From Telmatocola sphagniphila (lineage in GTDB: Bacteria; Planctomycetota; Planctomycetia; Gemmatales; Gemmataceae): a stretch of 32,000 nucleotides of DNA. Of the stretch, positions 15,401 to 23,312 are shown one piece after another. The stretch covers positions 4,710,001 to 4,742,000 of the forward strand of contig NZ_CP074694.1 of NCBI RefSeq assembly GCF_018398935.1, in the 5' to 3' direction. The position numbers were made by a program, and so were the translations under genes. Below the pieces are notes generated by a model that saw nothing but the letters and a program-made list of their open reading frames with translations, was not told the DNA's origin and made no database searches. How positions within the stretch are numbered: the first letter of the stretch is position 1; every line of letters starts with the position of its first letter.

Positions 15401-16664
15401 TGTAAGTGATCATCTGTGTCGGCGAGTTCAATGCAACGTTATTGGCTGTACCTGAGGCCAAAGTTGCAGTCACGGTATTGTTGAAGAGATAGAAATTAAC
15501 ATTTCGAGTGACTGCGGCCCCATAAGTCGGATCATCGAACTGAAATTCGATGTTGACGCTCGAGAGAGCCGGAATTTCGACTTCCTGAAGAATGTTATCC
15601 TGTTCGATGCCGCCCACAGTGGTCTTATCGAACACATGCCAGGTACCGGTCAGGTTAGCGTAAGTGGGACTGGGGGCCGTATCCAGAGATCCGCGAAAAT
15701 CGGATTGCCAGCCGCTATCGCCGTAGTTACCCGCTGCACTAAAGTAGGTAACGTTCTTGGTCGTGTAAGCATTTTGAATGGCTTGGGCGACTAGAGGATC
15801 CTGGAACCAGGGTTCATCCGAAGTCGAGACATCATCGACGATCACATTACAGCCATAGGCAGCGAGAGAATTTACTGCGTCGGCGAATTCCAAATCACTC
15901 GAACCCACTGCGTGAAAAACGATTTGAGCATCCGGGGCGATATCGTGAACTTCCTCGGCCATCGCCCGGCCTTCGTCGGTCGATCCTGCCGGGCCGTCTT
16001 GGAGTACCACAACGTTATTCGGGAGGTCGCCCGTCGCGACCGAGTCGGCGATACCATTGCCGACCTGATTGATACTGTCGGAAATGATCCCGATGGTTAG
16101 GCCTTTACCGGTCAGCCCGAATGTGTTCTGGAGAATATCGCCCTTGAGAACCTGATCAGCGGAGTTTGGCCAAGCTCCGACGGACTTGAGGATGGGACGG
16201 TAGTTAATCTGAATGGCGGGCGAGCCCGCTAAGGAGGCGGCTTTGGCGACCGATTTCATCGGAAGCATGCCGACAATTTCACCTGCAGAGGCACTGGAGG
16301 TAACCGTCGTAAAGCCCAGCGCGCTCAAGCTGGACATCATGGAGGCGAGTGCGGAGGACGAAGTCGATGGGATTTTTACCGTGACCTTCACATCGCCACT
16401 GGAATCAAAGAGGAATTGACTGCTTTGTGCAGAGGTGGGAGTGAAAGTCGTGGCACCACTGGCGACGTAGGCGTCGTAAATGGTTTCCAGAGCCGGAGAG
16501 ATATTCGGATACTGACTCAGCACGATCCGATCTTCCAGAGTCTCGAGTCGTACCGTTGCATGCTTCTGCATCGATGGGTTCGGCTTCCGGTTGACTGAAT
16601 CGGGTCGAATCCAACTGCGCAATGTGTTGAACATATTCCTGTGCTCCGGCGCGAAGTCGCGCAT
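12480..16664 (-). CDS. Large secreted subtilisin-like (S8) serine peptidase fused to an RTX-like/beta-helical Asn-Thr-Gly-rich region and a C-terminal FG-GAP beta-propeller
   Basis: 1,394-aa ORF. S8 triad context: GLTIGIISDS (Asp), DEGRAMAEEVHDIAP (His), FSAAGNYG (oxyanion Asn), FHGTSAAAPNAAAIA (Ser codon at 14997-14999). GNSGNDTFNI and GSAGNDNLTL are RTX-like motifs. There are four clear FG-GAP blades plus 1-2 degenerate ones (GDINGDGIQDVVV, GDINGDGRADIIV, ADISGNGYDDIIT, GDVANDGSNDIIV). Start uncertain: the ATG at 16634 has a GGAG Shine-Dalgarno and may be the real start rather than 16664. Confidence 0.92.
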   Translation of the reverse strand: MRDFAPEHRNMFNTLRSWIRPDSVNRKPNPSMQKHATVRLETLEDRIVLSQYPNISPALETIYDAYVASGATTFTPTSAQSSQFLFDSSGDVKVTVKIPSTSSSALASMMSSLSALGFTTVTSSASAGEIVGMLPMKSVAKAASLAGSPAIQINYRPILKSVGAWPNSADQVLKGDILQNTFGLTGKGLTIGIISDSINQVGNGIADSVATGDLPNNVVVLQDGPAGSTDEGRAMAEEVHDIAPDAQIVFHAVGSSDLEFADAVNSLAAYGCNVIVDDVSTSDEPWFQDPLVAQAIQNAYTTKNVTYFSAAGNYGDSGWQSDFRGSLDTAPSPTYANLTGTWHVFDKTTVGGIEQDNILQEVEIPALSSVNIEFQFDDPTYGAAVTRNVNFYLFNNTVTATLASGTANNVALNSPTQMITYTNSGQTPVFGFIGIYMASGYDIGKFRYVDLADNLVILGGLPGVNDYTNPAPNSGIATTTGDHVISNDVLAIGATEENNPNVYTKVDYSSYGGGWRSFDDSGNRLTTPVQQHGIDLMAESGITTSLSGFRPFHGTSAAAPNAAAIALQILQYNPKLSNTQLVNLMESTAQPLNNPSPTYYDGLFNNPSGVNAANFNEYAGYGLVNGASAILALDGGVLNVVGGRNGTAPDNFQISVSTDPRFVNNVQIILNGQILGNVLRDQFLKQINFVSGIGNSSLTVNTSNGPVNTTFNVNYIGGRGTNTIDTVGTGTFTLQSGKLLAGTNAPITLSGVTVANLTGGNSATTFNVSNWVGTANLLGNSGNDTFNIQLSGGADTININDSKTTGTNKLNLTGSAGNDNLTLGITSGGTAGQIRNGGYESVSYGNLQSVNINGAGGQNALAISDTSSVGYGNANNLLGGYVYAPIDGSSGRITNGTVNSSVSFTNINSGLSFNGDANNSGKKDTLTVVGITSTGQAKTQFNETTAANGSTTFNISATGVSMNNKTLGNLRSISLANLTNLFVEGGNQPVGSGDVFNATPSLSTNIFVDGNLPSTGVGDTLNVNTTGTRTTVTNIQNPNLGPLGQSRIYQSLDGGSVGYQNIETVGGTSYQDSIYVTTTPYGPGVSSSVNVYDARTGSLRFSFTPFPGFNGPLKVAVGDINGDGIQDVVVVPGAGGPPHVVVYDGQTHQVTRSFYAFSPSFTSGISLAAGDINGDGRADIIVAVDGPGAGPHVEVFDGASNALIRSFYAYSPSFQGGVSLAAADISGNGYDDIITGAGPGAIGPLVNVFDGQSNSLVRTFYAFAPGFMGGINVAAGDVANDGSNDIIVTPLAGAGPHVIVYDANSLTVMASFYYNPTFSPNTYQPQVSNAPVNVAVVDVSPAGGGNRELMLSRGFGSKPQVSFYSINPLASISDLTLANMTFGGGVFIAASSNS
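12483..13400 (-). repeat. Tandem FG-GAP (integrin-alpha-like) repeats, period about 62 aa
   Basis: Repeating unit F(Y/T)(A/P)F.P.F.GG(I/V).(L/V)AAGD(I/V)NGDG..D(I/V)(I/V)V..G.G.GP.V.V(F/Y)DG......(S/T)F, seen 4 times clearly and degenerating towards the C-terminus. Confidence 0.85.
14745..16112 (-). other. Peptidase S8 catalytic domain (approximate bounds)
   Basis: Spans the Asp (GIISDS), His (VHDIAP), Asn (AAGNYG) and Ser (GTSAAAP) motifs. It is preceded by a propeptide-like segment, DVKVTVKIPS...GFTTVTSSASAGEIVGMLPMKSV. Confidence 0.7.
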
Positions 16665-17017
16665 CGCCTATGTACTGCCTGATGCCGCGTACGGCATAAT
16701 GCCATGAAGTATTCATCCGTTCCGACGGGGCCAATCTGGAGGAAAGCCCGCCAAAATCGTCCCGTGTGATGATAGACGCCTCAGCCAAACCGGAACAACC
16801 CGGCCAACCGGTAAATTAAACGCGTAACTCGGGACCAAACCGGGTTGCCATGGTCGATTGACCCTGAATTTGAATGAAGCGATATTTTCACATAATCCAG
16901 ACGAAACAGATATGGAAATAGTTTTCAAATTGTAAAAATGAAATAAGCCTCATCGAGAGGAGACCATTACGTAAGCTTAAGTCAGGATTTTTTGGGAAAA
17001 ACTTCGTCGAGCTTCAT

Positions 17018-19303
17018 CTAGCGAACAACAAACATGCTCGCTGAACCCGGGGGAAGCACAACTTCGGTCTGCCCGTTATTGACCCGGGTGATCCCCGGCA
17101 CCTCATAAACTTTTCCGTAACTGGCCGAATCGAATCTCCACAACTTCCCCTGCCCTTCCAGGCCTGGCAGTTCGAGTTTAAGACGGCAGCTCCCGGCCAG
17201 CGATTTATTCAGCAAAATTACAGTCACGGCATTATCGCTCTGCCGACGGGCAGCAAAAACGGCACATTTGGGATGATCGCATTCCATTGGCAGGTAGCGA
17301 TCCCCGAATTTGCCGCCCTGGCCGTCGTAATTGCGGAATAGTTCCCACGCGGCCCATTGCGTGCCTTCAGGCTGCTGCCAGAAAAAGGCCAGATCGAGTT
17401 TCTGCTGGGCAAAGATTCCGAAAATTTCTGTCTGAGCCAGTCCGCCGGTGATGTTTTCCGCGCCGCCGAAGTTGTACTCTCCCAGGCAGAGATCCATTCC
17501 GGGACAGTATTTCTCGATGAGTTGCTTCATCCGAGGAATGAGAGCGACGGGCCGACGATCCCCGGAATTCCGGACCCAGGATTCCTGTGTGTAGCTGGAA
17601 TCCCACAGATCGCGTGTGGTTCTCAACCGTAATTCATTCAGTTCCGAACCTTTACCGGTGAACGGCGACTTGCCATTGATCTCCGCCTGAGGGTACCAAT
17701 GGACATCCAGGACATCGATTAGATTTCGTCCGTGGGCACGCTTATACTCGGCGCATTTCTTCAAAAACCATTCGGCTAATGGCAGTTCTCCGTGGGCCCG
17801 ATGATCGGGCTTGCTGTGGTAGGAATCGTAGCCCTGATCCTGAGCGGAGTAGAAAAGATCGACCCATCCCCAACTGCAGAAACCGGCAATCCTGGCTTGG
17901 GGATCGACCTGCCGGATGGCTTCGGCATATTGAACAGTCTTGGTCCAGAGTTCATCGTAACTGGCCGGGTTGGGGTGTACATCGCGATGCGTTTTGTGCC
18001 AGAGCATCGGTTCGTTATCCAGCACCCAGTAGCGTACCGGCTGTTTGAGTCCCTGCTGGGAGAGCTGATTGGCCCGATCGACGCAGATTTTCACTCCGGA
18101 GGCCACATCTTCGGGCGAGAAAGCAACGGAAGTTTCTTTGGGATCATTACCGGTGATCGGCGAGCCATCTTTGCGAAGGCCATTACCGACATCAGGCGAA
18201 TTCGGTTCGTGGGATTTCTGCTCGCCATACTTGGAAACGGGGAATCCGTAACTGGAGTTATCCTTGGCGACCCAGCCGAGCATGGGGACGCAAACGTAGC
18301 TGGAGGCCCCCAGAGAGTAGTTCTCTTCGAGGTGTTTCCAGTAGGCATTATCTTCGGGAGCGGCCGGGTTGCCGCGATTTTTGTAAAACCAGTCGTCGGC
18401 ACCGCTGTCGGCATTGATGCGCCAGTTGTACCGGGAGGTGGTATTTCCGCCAAAACGGCTGAGCGGGAGGCCGTAGGCCTGCCGTTTTTCCTTGGGCATA
18501 TCGGCAACGCCGTAGATCGTATCGCGAATCGGCCAGCCGGTGCGATCGCTCCCCCATTTCGCCCGCGCGGGATAGGTATTTACGGGCATGGCTGCCATCG
18601 ACTCCGACGGGTTCGTTCGGGATATATTCGAAGCAACTTCGGGACGCGTGCCAGTGTTGTTAGGCTGGGCTTTAGCGGGCTTCGATTCCTGGGGTTCTTT
18701 CGTAAAAGCGATTTCGTCGATCTGGAATAGCTGTTCGGCTTTATCGTCATTGGAGAAAACGATTTCCCAGAGTCGATTCAGTTTTAGAGTTCGATTGGTG
18801 GCAAATCGCTCGAGGGGGATGCGCACTTGCTGCCATTCCGAAGTCAGTTCTTTGATGTAACCGCCGGAAACGATGGGAATTACCGCTCCCGATTTGGTGT
18901 CTTTACCCTGGTTGTTGTCGACTAAACGCACGCCGAGATCGGCCGTGGGGTTTTGATTGATTAGCAGTCGAACTTTAAAGCTGAGCGATTGAAACCGGCT
19001 GCAATCGTCGCAGGCATCCGTGGGGTACCAATTCTTCCAGTTCAGGCCGAAGGAGCGAAACTGCGGAGAGGTCATGCGAACCAGAAGACCGCATTCCGTT
19101 GGGGAATCCGAGCGGGGAACGATCACGACTCCCCCTTTGGTTCCTAACTCATGCCACGTCTTGCCCTGAGGCTTGCTGCTGGACCAGACGACCAGTTTGT
19201 CATCGTTGGATTCTGCCTGGGTGCGCGCGTGGTAGTAGGAGGATCCAAAAATCAGCAGGAGCGAGACTCCGGCCAGTGCCAGAAGGTTTTTGATAATTTG
19301 CAT
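17018..19303 (-). CDS. Secreted glycoside hydrolase family 44 (endoglucanase/xyloglucanase-type) with N-terminal CBM-like beta-sandwich domain
   Basis: 761-aa ORF with ATG at 19303 and signal peptide MQIIKNLLALAGVSLLLIFGSSYYHA. GH44 hallmarks RFGGNTTSRYNWRINA, WVLDNEPMLWHKTHRDVHP (acid/base Glu) and LGEYNFGG (nucleophile Glu). The N-terminal ~200 aa end in LFQIDEIAF, followed by a P/S/T/N linker, as in carbohydrate-binding modules. Confidence 0.85.
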   Translation of the reverse strand: MQIIKNLLALAGVSLLLIFGSSYYHARTQAESNDDKLVVWSSSKPQGKTWHELGTKGGVVIVPRSDSPTECGLLVRMTSPQFRSFGLNWKNWYPTDACDDCSRFQSLSFKVRLLINQNPTADLGVRLVDNNQGKDTKSGAVIPIVSGGYIKELTSEWQQVRIPLERFATNRTLKLNRLWEIVFSNDDKAEQLFQIDEIAFTKEPQESKPAKAQPNNTGTRPEVASNISRTNPSESMAAMPVNTYPARAKWGSDRTGWPIRDTIYGVADMPKEKRQAYGLPLSRFGGNTTSRYNWRINADSGADDWFYKNRGNPAAPEDNAYWKHLEENYSLGASSYVCVPMLGWVAKDNSSYGFPVSKYGEQKSHEPNSPDVGNGLRKDGSPITGNDPKETSVAFSPEDVASGVKICVDRANQLSQQGLKQPVRYWVLDNEPMLWHKTHRDVHPNPASYDELWTKTVQYAEAIRQVDPQARIAGFCSWGWVDLFYSAQDQGYDSYHSKPDHRAHGELPLAEWFLKKCAEYKRAHGRNLIDVLDVHWYPQAEINGKSPFTGKGSELNELRLRTTRDLWDSSYTQESWVRNSGDRRPVALIPRMKQLIEKYCPGMDLCLGEYNFGGAENITGGLAQTEIFGIFAQQKLDLAFFWQQPEGTQWAAWELFRNYDGQGGKFGDRYLPMECDHPKCAVFAARRQSDNAVTVILLNKSLAGSCRLKLELPGLEGQGKLWRFDSASYGKVYEVPGITRVNNGQTEVVLPPGSASMFVVR

Positions 19304-19720
19304 AAATTTTCACGTTGGCAACGAATCCGGCGAGTCGATGGATTGTTACGCCTGTGCTGAACGATTAGGTTATCCTTCAGCTCCGGGCAAATATCTCAAT
19401 GAAAATTAGATAAATAAAGGTAAAGCCTCAAGTTTTTTGTAGTAGCTGAATTGCGCCGGGCGAAATTTATTTGCCAGACAATAATTTTCGAGGGCAATTT
19501 GATGGGTAGACCAAGGGCGGGAGGCCGAGTCGCTCAAGTGAAAATTGGAGCGATGGACGGACGCAGACAGAGACACCGGCTCAATACAGTTTGTCTTCGA
19601 TGGTATAAATGATGAATGGTTGGATGACTTCAATCTCTGAAGGCGCCTTTTATTCCAGTTTACTCATCCAGTAATGTCGCACTCGTAAAGTCACATTTCG
19701 CATTGAAGCTAGATAGCCCA

Positions 19721-21019
19721 TCACTCATCGGACGATATATACCGGCCCCATTTGGGACTTGGCTTCACATCCGCTTCCTTCAATTTCGGACTCTTCTTGT
19801 AAGGGTTGTAAAGAGGGTCGCCGATCAGAACCATCATCCAACTCGTAAACAGCGAAGTTCGCGCGTACGCTTCTACGAGCGTGTATTTCCCGGTGGCCAG
19901 GAAGCCGAAGAATTCTTCCGGCTTGGGAAACGCCGCGGAGTAAGGCTCAGCCACCGGTCCCAAAGTAACTGTCGCTCCCTTGAGCAGTAAATTCCGACAC
20001 CAGCCGTTGTTTTCTTTGTGCAGCGACAGGCACTCGTAGCTGGCCAAGTGCCAGGCGATGGCTCCCGGTACGAATTCGCAACAATCGACGAAGTTTGCCA
20101 CCGAATACCAGCCGCAGTACAGCGCGCAATCCTTACACGATTTGACCGGGAACAGTTTCTCGGTGTTCTCCAGCGTGACATCCATTTTGCCGACCTCTTT
20201 GAGTAGTGCGGCCATCTCGCGCATCGATTCGTCGTAGCCTTCCAGACCCCAACCGGAATCCCCCTTGGGAATTTTGGTCAGGCCGCGCGCGTCGACATAG
20301 ACCTTTCCTTCCAGCCCCTTGGCTTCCGCATTCACGGCATCGGTGATCAGTCTCCTGGCGATCGCCGGCGTCGGACCATCAATCCTGCTGGTCATTATAA
20401 CCGTCGGCGACTTGCCCTTAATGTCCTTGGGCCGTTGCCAATGGAGGGGATTGAACAGGAATCGCTGGAGGTTATATTTCTCCCACCAGAGCAGGGTTAA
20501 TTCGCTGTCGACGCTGGCTTCGGCTTCGTGATAGATCAGGCCGTTGATTTTACCCTGGAGATCGTTCGCTTCTTTTTCCAGCGGATCGACCTTCTCTTTC
20601 GGCAGCTTGTCCTTTCGGGCTTTATCCAGTTCGGCCCGCTTTGACTCGAGATCCCGTCGGAACTTCACGAGTTGTTGTTCCTGTTCAGCGGTCAGGGGAG
20701 CCAGGACGCGTAACGGCATGCCGTAGATAGACAGGAGGCATTTGGCCTGGGTTTCCTTGCCTTTCAGGGCCGTTCGAACGGGGGTGACGATTTTCGTGTC
20801 GTAGTCCTTGCGGCTTATCTCATCCTCGGTGGTCACATCCAGAACGATGATATTTTCTTTGGGCACCTTACGCATTTCGCAGTAGTAGTCGGCGATTTTC
20901 TGGCTTTCGGGCTCGGCCTTGTTCACCAGGAGAAAAACTTCTCGCGGCTCCAGAGCGAGGAGGGCCGGGCAGACGCCGGTGAAGAACAAGCAAAGGCTGA
21001 GCCATCGAAAAAATACCAT
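19721..21019 (-). CDS. Secreted uncharacterised protein, TIGR03790-family-like
   Basis: The track ORF starts at a TTG (21034). The ATG at 21019 has GAGG 9 nt upstream and gives a clean signal peptide, MVFFRWLSLCLFFTGVCPALLA. EVFLLVNKAEPESQKIADYYCEMRKVPKENII and the C-terminal GATVTLGPVAEPYSAAFPKPEEFF...SWMMVLIGDPLYNPY resemble what I recall of the TIGR03790 family. The family name is from memory. Confidence 0.8.
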   Translation of the reverse strand: MVFFRWLSLCLFFTGVCPALLALEPREVFLLVNKAEPESQKIADYYCEMRKVPKENIIVLDVTTEDEISRKDYDTKIVTPVRTALKGKETQAKCLLSIYGMPLRVLAPLTAEQEQQLVKFRRDLESKRAELDKARKDKLPKEKVDPLEKEANDLQGKINGLIYHEAEASVDSELTLLWWEKYNLQRFLFNPLHWQRPKDIKGKSPTVIMTSRIDGPTPAIARRLITDAVNAEAKGLEGKVYVDARGLTKIPKGDSGWGLEGYDESMREMAALLKEVGKMDVTLENTEKLFPVKSCKDCALYCGWYSVANFVDCCEFVPGAIAWHLASYECLSLHKENNGWCRNLLLKGATVTLGPVAEPYSAAFPKPEEFFGFLATGKYTLVEAYARTSLFTSWMMVLIGDPLYNPYKKSPKLKEADVKPSPKWGRYISSDE

Positions 21020-21346
21020 ATGCAGAAGCCTCAAGGGAGCGAAGGACAGAAGAGGAGTGTGAGAAACGGAAACACTGAATTTGTTGGATTCCGACGAGCA
21101 GTTTTTGGATTAGCTTTACCAAAACGGCCTAGCTGAATCGAATCCTTAAACTTGAGCACATTCTTAGCGAGAAATTAGGCTTAAGGCAACGAAGAGTGAA
21201 GCCAATAAGGATCCTGGACAGTCCCCTGGTGAGACTTGCCAGATTCTAAAACCCAGGATGCAGAAACTTGGAAAGACTTCAAATGCGGTTTGAGGGCGAA
21301 TTTTATACTCTAACGATGAGCGATCATTTCGTGTTGAGGAAATCGG

Positions 21347-21850
21347 ATGGGTAGCATTGGTGCGTACATCTTTGCATTTTTCGGAGCGATCTTTGCCGTC
21401 CTGACGTCTCGAGAGGCCTTGCAATGGGATGGAATAATCCTGGCGTGGCCGTTGTTGGTGGCAGCGATTATCGCCTTTTTTGCCTGGCGGGCGGCCCAAG
21501 GCACCACGCCTTACGAAATGAGCCCATCGGCTAAAAAAGTTTGGTCTTGGAGCTCGGCTGGAGAAGGGATCAGTATCTTTCTGGGGATTAATATTGCTGC
21601 AAATCTGGGACACCCGGAATTACGACTGCCGGTGATTGCTCTGGTGGTAGGCCTGCATTTTTTACCGATGGGTTGGTTGTTCCCGTTTCGACCCTTCCTC
21701 ATTTTGGGCTTACTGTTGAGTGGAATTGCTTTGGTCGGTTTGTTTCTACCGGAGCCTACGGGTATTCTAGTCGCGGGCTTTGGAGCCGCGCTGGGACTCT
21801 GGACCGCCGCGATTCTGGCGATCGTTCGTCAGGCGAAGCGGGTGGGGTAA
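21347..21850 (+). CDS. Small integral membrane protein (about 5 TM helices), function unknown
   Basis: 167-aa ORF with a GAGGA Shine-Dalgarno at 21336-21340 and ATG at 21347. Hydrophobic segments: IGAYIFAFFGAIFAVL, IILAWPLLVAAIIAFFAW, GISIFLGINIAANL, LPVIALVVGLHFLPMGWLF, FLILGLLLSGIALVGLFL and ILVAGFGAALGLWTAAILAIV. Confidence 0.8.
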   Translation: MGSIGAYIFAFFGAIFAVLTSREALQWDGIILAWPLLVAAIIAFFAWRAAQGTTPYEMSPSAKKVWSWSSAGEGISIFLGINIAANLGHPELRLPVIALVVGLHFLPMGWLFPFRPFLILGLLLSGIALVGLFLPEPTGILVAGFGAALGLWTAAILAIVRQAKRVG

Positions 21851-21999
21851 GTGGATTCAATCATCCCTTTACTGATCACTCAGATCGAAATCATTTTGAA
21901 TTTATTCGACAGTAATCATTTCGTGTGCAAATCGACGATCGGTCCGCCCTGTTCTATGAACGCGAGTTTTCGCAACAGTCCAGTTTCTTTGCCGCCGCG

Positions 22000-22128
22000 C
22001 TACTCCTCGGCCTCCTCTTCCTTCACAGGCTTCGGACGTTCGGGGATGTAAGGGATCAATCCTTTTCTCCACGCCTCTTCCTGATTTTCTCTCGTCAAGA
22101 ACCGCGCATCTATCAGGAAGCCATGCAT
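22000..22128 (-). CDS. Candidate 42-codon ORF, or read-through extension, directly abutting the upstream gene's TAG
   Basis: Found by hand because it is below the track cutoff. The minus strand reads ...GTG TTT TAG ATG CAT GGC..., giving MHGFLIDARFLTRENQEEAWRKGLIPYIPERPKPVKEEEAEE*. It is in frame with the 22129-23310 ORF. There is no independent Shine-Dalgarno, and the length alone is not statistically compelling. Confidence 0.25.
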   Translation of the reverse strand: MHGFLIDARFLTRENQEEAWRKGLIPYIPERPKPVKEEEAEE

Positions 22129-23169
22129 CTAAAACACCCAAACCGTCGGCTTCTGGTCCAACCGGTTAGGAAGCGACCATTCCGGGTCTATGGGGCTGAT
22201 CTTGAACATCTTGCGGATCAACATCGACTTTCCTTGTCCGGTGCTTTCGCCAACGCCAAACGCCTTGTCGATGGCAGTCAGTTTCATGTGGGGCTTTTGG
22301 CTGCGATCATCCAAGTAATTCACCCAGCCAATCGTCCGCACAATGCCACAAGCCCAGGTGTTTGGTTTGCCGCTGAGCAGCGGTGACGGACGCTTGCGGC
22401 TAAGCTTCTCGGCCAGTTTGCGGCAGAGTTGGGCGTATTCTTCGTTAAGATGCTCTTTGCAAAACTGGTCGATCAATCCGAGAACGAGGCTTAGGGCTAC
22501 CTCCTTTTTCTCTTTCGACGGCGGCTTCGGGGCGGGCTTGGGTTTCGGCGTTGGAAGTGTAGCCGACATCGGCAGGGACGTGACTATGCCGTGCCGGGCT
22601 TTGGCCTCTTTAAAACTCTCATTCACAGAGCGGCGAATACCGGGGCCGAAAGAGACGTTGTAGCTGTTCAGCAAACCGTCATAGACGATCTTACCCTTAA
22701 AGGGGAGTAGGACCGTCTTTGTCAGCACCGGCCAATAGGGCCCGATCAACTCCTCGAACGGTTGAGACAACGCCAGGACACCGAAGGCGATTTCGGGGGA
22801 AGTTGTGGAGATGAACACCGTGTACTTCTTGAGCTCACGGAAGACGTAGAACGTGTCGTTAACGAGATGCCGCCAGGACCGAACAATGTCGAGTTCCTCG
22901 CTCGACAGGTTAGATGGATTCTCATCGGCAAATAATTCGATCAGATCGAGGTTGGCGTTCAGAGAGTTCCGGACCTTGAGCCGAAGGTCCGGAGAAAGGA
23001 TGGAGAATTCTTCCGGTGAGTCGAAATCGATAGGAATCACCTGAAGTCGCTTGTTCACGAAAAACAGCAACGCCCAGTGCAACTTGAAGAACAGTCGAAC
23101 TTCGTCGGGAGTTAGTAGCATATACGGGTTGCCTTCGCCGAGGGCTGGGCGGTGGAGAGTATCGAGCAT
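22129..23169 (-). CDS. Uncharacterised two-domain protein (N-terminal conserved alpha/beta domain, Pro/Lys linker, C-terminal DUF6398-like helical domain)
   Basis: The long ORF begins in the track at a GTG (23310), whose first 47 codons are low-complexity (SPLPPHHHEHEPRPRS). I list the first ATG (23169, MLDTLHRP...). The ATG at 23121 is also possible. Conserved-looking blocks: LTPDEVRLFFKLHWALLFFVNKRL, YTVFISTTSPEIAFGVLALSQPFEELI, LLPFKGKIVYDGLLNSYNVSFGPGIR. After the linker PTPKPKPAPKPPSKEKK comes NTWACGIVRTIGWVNYLDD...KLTAIDKAFGVGESTGQGKSMLIRKMF. The DUF assignment is from memory. Confidence 0.7.
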   Translation of the reverse strand: MLDTLHRPALGEGNPYMLLTPDEVRLFFKLHWALLFFVNKRLQVIPIDFDSPEEFSILSPDLRLKVRNSLNANLDLIELFADENPSNLSSEELDIVRSWRHLVNDTFYVFRELKKYTVFISTTSPEIAFGVLALSQPFEELIGPYWPVLTKTVLLPFKGKIVYDGLLNSYNVSFGPGIRRSVNESFKEAKARHGIVTSLPMSATLPTPKPKPAPKPPSKEKKEVALSLVLGLIDQFCKEHLNEEYAQLCRKLAEKLSRKRPSPLLSGKPNTWACGIVRTIGWVNYLDDRSQKPHMKLTAIDKAFGVGESTGQGKSMLIRKMFKISPIDPEWSLPNRLDQKPTVWVF

Positions 23170-23312
23170 ACCCGTTTCGAGGTCCGGCCCGATCTGACGG
23201 ACATTGCTTTCAGCGAAGGCGGACCGAGGGCGTGGTTCGTGTTCGTGGTGGTGAGGCGGAAGGGGTGATAAAGAGGTCTGCGTCCGTCCCCTTCTGGAAA
23301 ATGCCACCACGC

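Noticed and set aside
13089-15455. Plus-strand ORFs 13089-13889 (266 aa), 14091-15059 (322 aa) and 15069-15455 (128 aa) antisense to the S8/FG-GAP gene.
   Set aside because: They are shadow ORFs of a long codon-biased gene. The minus-strand product has the S8 catalytic motifs and FG-GAP repeats, and the plus-strand products have none.
17792-18730. 312-aa plus-strand ORF inside the GH44 gene.
   Set aside because: It is antisense to a gene with clear GH44 catalytic motifs, and its composition is shadow-like.
19406-19633. 75-aa minus-strand ORF in the AT-richer gap.
   Set aside because: It has no Shine-Dalgarno, an odd S/N/H/F-rich composition and no motif. I keep only the gap itself, as a low-interest finding.
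21164-21613. 149-aa minus-strand ORF overlapping the divergent promoter region and the membrane-protein gene.
   Set aside because: It overlaps a plus-strand ORF that has a Shine-Dalgarno and clean TM-helix periodicity. Its own product is R/S/P-rich with no features.
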